Shown: positions 8,424 through 15,996 of the stretch, piece by piece
Numbering within the stretch: position 1 is the first letter of the stretch
Layout: each line of letters begins with the position of its first letter
Assembly (NCBI GenBank): GCA_963718915.1
Contig: CAVRAI010000007.1
Location: 390,001 to 422,000, forward strand
From: an uncultured Chloroflexia bacterium
Lineage (GTDB): Bacteria; Chloroflexota; Ktedonobacteria; Ktedonobacterales; JADMIN01
Direction: 5' to 3'
Length of the DNA stretch: 32,000 nt
Translations under genes and position numbers: made by a program
The notes under the pieces: model-generated
What the model was told of the DNA's origin: nothing
The model's database searches: none
What the model saw: only the letters and a program-made list of their open reading frames with translations

Positions 8424-8718
8424 ATGTGCGCGATACCTCTCGCTGATACTGGCACAAACGCTTCCAGCGTGAAATGCGCTTCGTCTAGGCCGCTAAATGG
8501 CCAGCAATCGTCACGATTATACACCGCACGGCTACTGCGTCAATCATCGCGCGAAATCTCATCGGTCATATTGCCCGCACCGCTTCAGTATTTCTGCCGT
8601 CGTTATCCTCTCCCTTGGCATAGTCCGCTGGGTGTGGTAGAAACCAGGTGAGAGGTGTGCTCCATCGGAGGCGCGCACCGCCTGTATGCTATGCCTACCA
8701 CCCAAGGAGAACAATCCA

Positions 8719-9237
8719 ATGGACCACCTTCCAAGCATGAAGAGCGATCCCAATCAGGCGCTGGTTGTCTCGTTCCCCGATGAGAACAAAGCACAGGAAG
8801 TGCTGGAGACCCTGAAGCAGCTCAACGCCGCCCACGATGTCGCGCTCAGCAGCGCCGCCGTCATCCGTCGCGATCCAGACGGCAAGATCAACGTCCACGA
8901 GACACGCGACTTCAATGCGAAGCAGGGCGCCGTCGCGGGCGCGCTGGCGGGCGGGCTGATCGGCCTGTTGCGCGGCAATGCGCTGGCGGGCGCGGCCATC
9001 GGCACGGCGGCGGGTTTTGGCGCCAGCAAGATCCTCGACCTGGGCCTCCCCGATGACTTCCTGAAGCAGATCGGCGAGCAGTTGACGCCGGGCAGTTCGG
9101 CCCTCGTCGCCATCGTCACCTTCGAGAACGTCGCCGAGGCGATGAAGGTGCTCGACCAGTACGCGGGCGCGAAGATTCTGCATAGTGCGCTCTCGCCCGA
9201 TGTCGCTCAGCAGCTCTCCGCCGCCATCGAAGACTGA
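8719..9237 (+). CDS. DUF1269-family membrane protein
   Basis: ATG at 8719 is preceded by AAGGAGA. 'ALVVSFPDENKAQEVLETLKQL...VALSSAAVIRRDPDGKINVHE' followed by Gly/Ala-rich TM segments 'GAVAGALAGGLIGLL' and a second alpha/beta half is the typical DUF1269 layout. Confidence 0.8.
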   Translation: MDHLPSMKSDPNQALVVSFPDENKAQEVLETLKQLNAAHDVALSSAAVIRRDPDGKINVHETRDFNAKQGAVAGALAGGLIGLLRGNALAGAAIGTAAGFGASKILDLGLPDDFLKQIGEQLTPGSSALVAIVTFENVAEAMKVLDQYAGAKILHSALSPDVAQQLSAAIED

Positions 9238-9259
9238 CCTCTAGATCGCGTTTCGTCTG

Positions 9260-9287
9260 GCCCCTTCCGGTGTGGAAGGGGCTTTTT
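9260..9287 (+). terminator. Rho-independent terminator
   Basis: GCCCCTTCC (9260-9268), loop GGTGT, GGAAGGGGC (9274-9282), then TTTTT (9283-9287). Lies 23 nt after the DUF1269 stop. Confidence 0.85.
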
Positions 9288-9403
9288 CGTGCCATGTGAA
9301 ACTATAAGCCCCCATTAAGGCCATCTTAAGCGCACACTAAGCTTGCTGATACATAATAGCCTCCATATGGTGGAGCAATCTTCGCAGAGTGGGGTGGCGC
9401 AGC

Positions 9404-11093
9404 ATGGATGATTCCTCCCGTCCGCAGTCGCGAGCCAGCGACGCGGGGCGTCTGGCGGATGCCACAGATACGATTCCGCGAGCCGGAAGCAGCTGGCAGT
9501 TGCCAGAGGTTCAGCCGCCGACCGCCGGTATCACCGATGACCGGACGATACCCATCTCGTCGCCGGGCAAGGCGTCGCGGCGTGGGGTGAGTCGCCGCAA
9601 AGCGCTGATTGGCGCGGGCGCCGGAGCCGTTGGGCTGGGGCTGCTCGGCACGGGCGCCGCCGTATTTCTAGCGCGCCAGCAGTCGGCCAGCCCCGCCACG
9701 CTCTATGCGGACGACGCCGCGAAGATAGGCCACCTGTTGCGCCGGGCGGGCTTCGGCTCGTCGCCCGCCGACCTTCAGCAGTACCTGAGCCTGGGCGTCT
9801 CTGGCGCCATCGAGAAGCTGCTCAACTTCTCTGGCGTCTCCAACACGGCGCTCGATGCCCGGCTCAACTCACTCAACCTCAACTTCACCAACCGGCAGGA
9901 TCTGATTCGCTGGGTGCTGCTGCGCATGATCTACAGCCCGCGCCCATTCGAGGAGAAGCTGACGCTCTTCTGGCATGGCGTGCTGACCAGCAGCTTCACC
10001 AAGATTGGCGGCACCACGCACCTGCCGTTCATGATCCAGCAGAACCAGTTGCTGCGCGCGAAGGGGCTGGGGCAATTCGACGACCTGATGCACGCGGTCA
10101 CGATTGATCCAGCCATGCTCTACTGGCTGGATGGACGGCTTAGTTCCGGCCACTCGCCCAACGAGAACTACTCGCGCGAGTTGATGGAACTCTTCACGAT
10201 GGGTATCGGCAACTATACCCAGGACGATGTGCATCAGGGGGCGCTGGCGCTGACCGGCTGGGTCGTCCGGGCGGATGGGGCGCACTACGTTCCGGCGCGC
10301 CACTATAACGAGCTCGGTCACCTTCCTGGGGCATACTGGCCCGATGACCGTAGACGACGTCATCAGGATCGTCTGCGCGCACCCGGCCACCGGCACGCAT
10401 ATCGCTCGGCGCATGTGGAGCTTCTTCGTCTACGACAACCCCAGCCCGCAGGACTTGAAGCCGCTCTCCGACGCCTATTACCAGCACGATCACAGCATCG
10501 CGGCGATGGTGCGCGCCATGTTCTCCTCGCCCGCGTTCTTCAGCGCGCAGGCCTACCGGGCGCGGGTCAAGAGTCCGCTGGAGTTCGTCGTCGGCGCCAT
10601 CCGCGCGCTGGGGCTAGAGACGAACGCCACCGGGCTGGCGACCGTCCTCAACGCGATGGGCCAACTACCACTCGATCCGCCCAATGTGGCGGGCTGGCCA
10701 GGAGATGGCGCGAGTGGGGCATGGATGTCCACGCAGGCCTGGGTCACGCGCATCAACCTGACCGACTTGCTGGTCTCGATTGCGGCGGGCGCGCACCCGA
10801 AGGGCGGCCCGAAGATCAACCTGACGACCCCGGGAGGGACGTCGGCCATCCAGCAGGCGATCACACAGCAGAAGATTGCCAGCGCCGATGCTCTGGTGAG
10901 CTACTACGTCGCCATGCTGCTGGACAACACGCTCGATCCCAGCCGCCGCGCCGTGCTGGCCGATGCGCTGACGAACAGTCCGATTCAGGGCGGCGCGACG
11001 TTCACGCTGGCGGGCGGCAAGAAGGTCTCCGCCGCCGCGACGGCTGAGATGCTCTACCTGCTGATGTCGCTGCCTGAGTACCAGATGAATTGA
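9404..11093 (+). pseudogene. DUF1800-family protein (Tat signal), interrupted by a +1 frameshift near 10316
   Basis: The N-terminal part is in the 9389 frame ('SRRKALIGAGAGAVGLG' twin-Arg signal; 'IGHLLRRAGFG', 'FWHGVLTS', 'YSRELMELFTMG'). After 'RHYNE' that frame turns into Arg-rich nonsense. The homologous C-terminal part ('VTFLGHTGP...VCAHPATGTHIARRMWSFFV...VKSPLEFVV...LPEYQMN') continues in the 10275 frame. Removing one G from the GG at 10316-10317 restores 'HYNELVTFLG'. Confidence 0.8.
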
Positions 11094-11118
11094 GGGGGAA
11101 GTCCTTCGTGGGCGCCGT

Positions 11119-11190
11119 CCGCAGCATAAATGCTGCGGCGAATTGGCGGCGAATGGGCAGGGAAATTCGCCGTGGCCTTCAGGCTACGGC
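11119..11190 (+). repeat. Structured intergenic element, copy 3
   Basis: Hairpin CGCAGCA-TAAA-TGCTGCG at 11120-11137 has a stem fully compensated relative to copies 1 and 2. GGCGAAT is duplicated (11137-11143, 11148-11154) and pairs with ATTCGCC at 11165-11171. Tail is GGCCTTCAGGCTACGG. Lies between DUF1800 and DUF1501, 51 nt before the ATG at 11242. Confidence 0.75.
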
Positions 11191-11241
11191 GGGCCAAAGT
11201 ACAACAGTCGAGCGCGATTGATTCATGAGAGGTGGTGCGTC

Positions 11242-12570
11242 ATGCCCAACACGCCCAACACGCCTGGCCAGCCATGCAAACCGTTCAATGCGCCATTCAG
11301 CCGGAGAGCGATGATTCGCGATGGACTGCTCGCGGTTAGCGCGGGCATGGTCATGCCGACGATCTTCTCGCGCGCCGTCCGGGCGGCCTCCAACGCGGCG
11401 CATGAGGGCGCGCACTGGGCGCAGGCGGCGCAGGGACGCACGCTGATTGTGGTGCAGATGGCGGGCGGCAACGACGGCCTGAATACGCTCATCCCCTACA
11501 CCGATGGCGCGTACTATTCCGCACGGCCAACGCTGGCCATCGCCCAGGCGGACGCCCTCCATCTCAACGACCGGCTCGGGCTGCATCCCGCGCTCAAGGC
11601 GCTGATGCCGCTGTGGCAGCAGGGACGCCTGGCCGCCATCGAAGGTGTCGGCTATCCAAACCCCAACCTGTCGCACTTCGCCGCGATGGACATCTGGCAG
11701 ACGCTCGATCTGAACGGCCAGGGCGGGCAGGGCTGGCTCGGCAAGTACGTCGCCGGGCTGGTGGATAAAGATGGCCACCCATTCCAGTCGCTCGCCGTCG
11801 GCACCTCGCTGCCGGTCGCGCTGAACGCGATCAACGCCGATGTGCCCGTGGTCGCCTCGCCGTCTACCTATCGGCTGCAGCCCGACCCGGAGGGCGCCAG
11901 CGCGGCCAAAAATGGCACGGCCGCCAATGCGCGGGTCGAGACGCTGCTGAAGCTCTACAATACCTATCCACGTTCGGCGCCGTATGCCGCGCTGCTCGAT
12001 GCGACGGCCCAGGCGGCGGTGGATGGATCGCGCCAACTCGATACCGCCGTCGCCAGCTACGTCCCGAAGGCGCAGTATCCGAACACGAACTTCGCCAAGG
12101 GCTTGCAGGTGCTGGCGGAGGTGATCGTCCAGGGGCTGGGGCTGCGCGTTGGCTATGTGACGCTGGGCGGCTTCGATACCCATGGCGAGCAGGCGAATAC
12201 CCAGGCGGGGCTGCTGCAACAACTCGCCGAGGGGCTGGCGGCGTTCTATAGCGACTTACAGGGACACAATGCCGCCGATAATGTCGTGGTGATGACCTGG
12301 TCGGAGTTCGGGCGGCGCGTGGAGGAGAACGCCAGCGCGGGCACCGACCACGGGACGGCGGCGCCCCTCTTCGTGCTGGGCAACGCGGTGCAGGGCGGCG
12401 TCTATGGCGAGCCGCCCGACCTCACGAAGCTGGACCCCAACGGCAACCTCGTCTTCACGACGGACTTCCGCTCGATCTACGCCACTGTGCTCGACCGCTG
12501 GCTCGGCGCGCCCGCCAGCGCGGTGCTCGGCGGCAACTATGGCGAGCAGGCGTTCCTGCCGCCCGCATGA
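11242..12570 (+). CDS. DUF1501-family protein (sulfatase-like fold, Tat signal)
   Basis: ATG at 11242 is preceded by GAGAGGTGG. The longer ORF from 11143 runs through repeat copy 3. Motifs: twin-Arg signal 'FSRRAMIRDGLLAVSAG', 'LIVVQMAGGNDGLNT', 'GGFDTHG', 'SEFGRRV.EN...GTDHG'. It forms the usual DUF1800-DUF1501 gene pair. Confidence 0.88.
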   Translation: MPNTPNTPGQPCKPFNAPFSRRAMIRDGLLAVSAGMVMPTIFSRAVRAASNAAHEGAHWAQAAQGRTLIVVQMAGGNDGLNTLIPYTDGAYYSARPTLAIAQADALHLNDRLGLHPALKALMPLWQQGRLAAIEGVGYPNPNLSHFAAMDIWQTLDLNGQGGQGWLGKYVAGLVDKDGHPFQSLAVGTSLPVALNAINADVPVVASPSTYRLQPDPEGASAAKNGTAANARVETLLKLYNTYPRSAPYAALLDATAQAAVDGSRQLDTAVASYVPKAQYPNTNFAKGLQVLAEVIVQGLGLRVGYVTLGGFDTHGEQANTQAGLLQQLAEGLAAFYSDLQGHNAADNVVVMTWSEFGRRVEENASAGTDHGTAAPLFVLGNAVQGGVYGEPPDLTKLDPNGNLVFTTDFRSIYATVLDRWLGAPASAVLGGNYGEQAFLPPA

Positions 12571-12577
12571 CCTGATT

Positions 12578-12597
12578 CCCTCTCCCACAGGAGAGGG
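12578..12597. terminator. Hairpin after DUF1501 (no U-tract)
   Basis: CCCTCTCC (12578-12585), loop CACA, GGAGAGGG (12590-12597), beginning 8 nt after the stop. No T-run follows, so a terminator function is uncertain. Confidence 0.35.
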
Positions 12598-12892
12598 GGA
12601 GCCAGAGGCAGTCCTGCAAAAGCTATCAAAAGCCATAACAGGAAAATGCGAACACAAAAGCGTCTGCCCCGCGCATCGCGGCAGGGGTGACACACCACAC
12701 AGCCGTTATTGCCGACATTTTCAGTCGGTTGCGGGAGGCAGACATATTTTCTATTTAGCTGGCCAGAGAGACGTGTACGGCGCACTCTGGCCTCAGCCGG
12801 GACAAGACCGCGCTGGTTCAGCATAGGTGGCCGCGTCCGTCGATTTCCCGCGAAGAGGACTCGTGCGGATTTACTGGCCGGAAACGCTGGAT

Positions 12893-13016
12893 CATCCGCC
12901 GCACGCGCCAGACGGAACCCTTCGTTGTTGTTGAAGTTGTCCCGCCTGTTGTCGTTACGGTAGGCCGCGCGCGTATTCTGGGAATCGTTGTTCCATGAAC
13001 CGCCACGCAGCACTGA
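12893..13016 (-). pseudogene. Decayed 3'-terminal fragment of an FGE-sulfatase-domain gene
   Basis: Aligns without gaps, at a 360-bp offset, to 13253-13376 (the 3' end of the TIR-FGE gene); most positions are identical by eye. It encodes 'VLRGGSWNNDSQNTRAAYRNDNRRDNFNNNEGFRLARAADD' versus 'VLRGGSWDVGSQYTRAAYRDGSRWVSFDDSGGFRLARAAAG'. The rest of the FGE domain is absent upstream and the native stop is lost. Confidence 0.75.
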
Positions 13017-13166
13017 GATCGGCCTGCCCCACGGCATACGCGCAAGAGGAGCGACCTCCCGCACGTCTTCCATACTGGCTACGACGGGCGACAACAGTAG
13101 GCGGATGCACGACCAGGACTTTGGCGTAGAACGCTTCACGCCGTTGCAGTTCCCAGGCAACGCCGC

Positions 13167-13194
13167 TTGATTGCCTATAGCTTGCATTTATAAT
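13167..13194 (+). promoter_or_regulatory. AT-rich promoter-like island (hexamers on both strands)
   Basis: Plus strand: TTGATT (13167-13172), 16 nt, TATAAT (13189-13194). Minus strand: TTGTCT (13211-13216), 18 nt, TATAAA (13187-13192). This is the only strongly AT-rich patch between the FGE fragment and the TIR-FGE stop. Hexamer matching only. Confidence 0.3.
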
Positions 13195-13241
13195 GCATAT
13201 CGATGCACCCAGACAAGAAACAAGAAATCAGAACCAGAGGA

Positions 13242-14540
13242 TTATGCTGAACCAGCCGCCGCACGCGCCAGACGGAACCCCCCGCTGTCGTCGAAGCTGA
13301 CCCACCTGCTGCCGTCACGGTAGGCCGCGCGCGTATACTGGGAACCGACGTCCCACGAACCGCCACGCAGCACTCGATTATCAGTGGAATCTGGATTCTC
13401 TCGTCCGTCGTTTTTACGGTAGGGATAGGGCTGGAGGAGGCTGCTCGTCCACTCCCAGACGTTGCCTGCCATATCCTGGACATGATACGGGCTTTCGCCG
13501 GTGGGATAGCGACCGACGGGCGTAGTCCTCCCGATGCCGCTCTCGCTGGTGTTGCAACGTGCCTTGTCGAACGTGTCGCCCCAGGGATAGATGCGGCCAT
13601 CCGTCCCGCGCGCCGCCTTCTCCCATTCTGCCTCGGTCGGCAGCCGCCATGGCTGGCTCGTAAGCTTGGCCAGCCAGGCGCAATATGCGACTGTGTCATT
13701 CCACGAGACACAGACCACAGGATGGTCAGGGTGCGCCTGCTGCGTCGCCCAGTCTACATCATCCCAGCTTTTTTCTGGCTCTCTCACGGCTTTGGCACGG
13801 ACGGCGCAGGCGTATTCAGCCACGGTGACGGGGTGCTGGCCGATGGCGAAGGCGTCCACCTCAACTGGATATTGTGGCGTCTCGTCGTCATCGGCATCTT
13901 TGTCGCGGCTCTTGTCGCTGCCCATGGTGAAGACGCCTGCCGACACCGGACAAATCGGCGGCAGGATGCACTCAACCCCGCCGATGGTATAGCCGCGAAA
14001 GCCAAGGTCATAGTAGGGTTTGGGTGTCAGATGGTGCGCGGGCGCGCTGTTGGCGGGGACGGGCGCCGGGCCGAGTGGCGGCAGGGTATCAGGCGGTGGA
14101 GGAGGTGGTAGCGGATCGCCACCATGCGCGTCGAGGATCACCCGATACGCCCGCATGGCGGCGGCTTGCGGTGGAAATGCCGCTCCGCCCGGCTGCTCGA
14201 TCCGCTTGTAGCCCTCCAGAAGAAGCGGCACATCGCAGGGAATCGCGGTGACGAATTGAATCGTCTCGATGCTCCCTTTGCGCCGTAGCGCCCGCGCCGC
14301 GTCTATTTCGTCGTTGACCCACCCAGAGTTCACCGCTGCCGGGCTGAGAATGGCAATGAAATGCTGACACTTGCGCAGTTCAGCTTCAATCACCTGCCGC
14401 AACGCTCCCCAGCCGAGATTATGCTCGTCGTACCAGACGGCGTTCTCATTGCCCAGCGCCTCGCGGAGCGCCCCCACGAACGCGCGACAGAAGTCATTAT
14501 CGGTGTGGCTGTGGCTGACGAAAACCTGTGGTGTGGCCAT
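13242..14540 (-). CDS. TIR domain - FGE-sulfatase (SUMF1/formylglycine-generating-enzyme-like) domain fusion protein
   Basis: ATG at 14540 is preceded by GAGGGA; the ORF-track start at 14708 adds 56 non-homologous residues. TIR: 'VFVSHSHTDNDFCRAFVGALR...AVWYD...FIAILSPAAVNSGWVNDEIDAA' (E78, codon 14307-14309). Poly-Pro linker: 'PLPPPPPPDTLPPLGPAPVP'. FGE domain hallmarks: 'FTMGSD', 'HPVVCVSWNDTVAYCAWL', 'RLPTEAEWEKAARG', 'AGNVWEWT', 'VLRGGSW', 'GFRLARA'. 432 aa. Confidence 0.9.
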   Translation of the reverse strand: MATPQVFVSHSHTDNDFCRAFVGALREALGNENAVWYDEHNLGWGALRQVIEAELRKCQHFIAILSPAAVNSGWVNDEIDAARALRRKGSIETIQFVTAIPCDVPLLLEGYKRIEQPGGAAFPPQAAAMRAYRVILDAHGGDPLPPPPPPDTLPPLGPAPVPANSAPAHHLTPKPYYDLGFRGYTIGGVECILPPICPVSAGVFTMGSDKSRDKDADDDETPQYPVEVDAFAIGQHPVTVAEYACAVRAKAVREPEKSWDDVDWATQQAHPDHPVVCVSWNDTVAYCAWLAKLTSQPWRLPTEAEWEKAARGTDGRIYPWGDTFDKARCNTSESGIGRTTPVGRYPTGESPYHVQDMAGNVWEWTSSLLQPYPYRKNDGRENPDSTDNRVLRGGSWDVGSQYTRAAYRDGSRWVSFDDSGGFRLARAAAGSA

Positions 14541-14780
14541 ATATCCCTCAACAGCAATCAGCATGAGCGCTACCACGAGCAGTTGGCGCGATGGCTTGCA
14601 CGCACAGTGTAACCCATCTATGGCGCGATGGGAAGAGCGCGGAATGGTTGATAAGCGTTGTGCGCGCCCGTCGCACGATACCGCAACGGACGCGATGAGC
14701 CGCGGCATTCATGCTGCGATGCTGGAGCATCTCCAACCTCGCCCGCGCCAAAAACACCCGCTACATATCTCAACCTTCAC

Positions 14781-14870
14781 ATCCGAGTCACGTAACCGCC
14801 GCACGGGCGAACGCGCCAGCATGACCGGGCCGAGCAGCTTGCCCACGCAGACGACGAAGAGCGTCATGCA
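14781..14870 (-). pseudogene. Decayed 3'-terminal fragment of an MFS transporter gene
   Basis: Aligns without gaps, at a 1240-bp offset, to 16021-16110 (the 3' end of the MFS gene). It encodes 'TLFVVCVGKLLGPVMLARSPVRRLRDSDV' versus 'TLFVVCAGKLLGPVLLARSPVRRLRDPDV'. No upstream MFS sequence precedes it. Confidence 0.75.
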
Positions 14871-14995
14871 CAGACGACCTTGAAGGCGATGCTGTATCTC
14901 CGACTTACCGCCCCGCGCCGACGTGCGGTCGCCTTGCCCCCACACTACGCAGAAATACTTATGGCGTAGTCGCACATGCGGATAGATACTACACC

Positions 14996-15952
14996 GTGGC
15001 AGTGGCCATAATGCCTCTTGCGTTGCGAAAAAGAGTGTGCCCCATGCAACCACCGCAGAATCCACCAGAGCAATCACCACAGCAATCACCACAGCAAACA
15101 TCGCAACAGCCGCCGCGGGATGCTCTGTATGGAGGCGACCACAACCAGAGACATAACGGTGCCGACGGCGATGCCAACGACGCGTCCGCTGCACCGCCGT
15201 TCGAGTCTCCGCACCAGGCACAGCCACATATACAGGCACGCCCGCCCCTGAGTCGCAGGACGCGCTGTCTCATCGTTGCTAGTACCCTGCTTGCCGTGTT
15301 CGTCTGTGGCTCAACTGCCTGGGTGCTGGCGGCGCATACGTCTTTGTTGTCTTCGCAGGTGGTCGGTTCGCGTGCTACCAACACCCCCTACCTCACACCG
15401 ACCTCGTACTATACCCCTGTACCGACGATTCCCGTGTCACCGGGCACGTTAAGCGCCATCATTTACACCCCCACCCTCGGAGGCTCCCTTGGCGCCTTCC
15501 AGCAGAAATACGGCCCCTCCACCGACGGCAGCGGCCTGACCTACACCGCTGTGATCGCGGGCCAGCCGGTACAGATGCTGATTGCGCCGGGTGATCCGAG
15601 CAAGAGTTTCGATGGACGGGCGCACGTGGTCGAAGTGCAGGTGTGGGCGCCGAGTGACCGGCTCGCTAGCGAGCACTGGAGCGCCTCGACCGTAGCTGCA
15701 ATAGTGAATATGCTCTTACCCGCCGACGCGCGCTTCCAGCGCACCGCCTCCATCAGCAGGCTGGGCGATATCGTCGTCACCGAGCACATCTACACCAGCA
15801 AAGGAATGGCGAGCACGTTTACGCCCGACCAGTTCATCACTGCGTCTAGCGGCGCACAGGTGTCTGTCGGCACAGTCAACTATTTCTGCGAGCGGCAACC
15901 GCCCGCCACCAGTGGCTATGAATTGTGTGACGTCTCCATTGGCGCCTCGTAG
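14996..15952 (+). CDS. Hypothetical single-pass membrane-anchored protein with Q/P-rich N-terminus
   Basis: 318-aa ORF. The start is uncertain (GTG 14996, ATG 15011 or ATG 15044). It has a low-complexity 'QPPQNPPEQSPQQSPQQTSQQPP' tract, one TM helix 'CLIVASTLLAVFVCGSTAWVLAA', then a ~200-aa extracytoplasmic domain I do not recognise. High GC3 supports coding. Confidence 0.6.
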   Translation: MAVAIMPLALRKRVCPMQPPQNPPEQSPQQSPQQTSQQPPRDALYGGDHNQRHNGADGDANDASAAPPFESPHQAQPHIQARPPLSRRTRCLIVASTLLAVFVCGSTAWVLAAHTSLLSSQVVGSRATNTPYLTPTSYYTPVPTIPVSPGTLSAIIYTPTLGGSLGAFQQKYGPSTDGSGLTYTAVIAGQPVQMLIAPGDPSKSFDGRAHVVEVQVWAPSDRLASEHWSASTVAAIVNMLLPADARFQRTASISRLGDIVVTEHIYTSKGMASTFTPDQFITASSGAQVSVGTVNYFCERQPPATSGYELCDVSIGAS

Positions 15953-15996
15953 ATGCAGCTCAAGCAGCACCGTTCCTTCCGTATGTCAGGCGTCCA

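Noticed and set aside
7965-8651. 228-aa plus-strand ORF, with several 60-107-aa ORFs between 6898 and 8446
   Set aside because: They overlap the 588-aa membrane-protein gene on the opposite strand or in other frames, and have no RBS or motifs.
11179-12222. 347-aa minus-strand ORF
   Set aside because: It is antisense to the well-supported DUF1501 gene and has the Arg-rich composition typical of high-GC shadow frames.
12537-13187. 216-aa minus-strand ORF treated as an intact gene
   Set aside because: Only about 40 codons (12893-13016) show homology, to the tail of an FGE domain. The native stop is missing, the ORF reads through into the 3' end of DUF1501, and the upstream part lacks the rest of the FGE domain. 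I called it a gene remnant instead.
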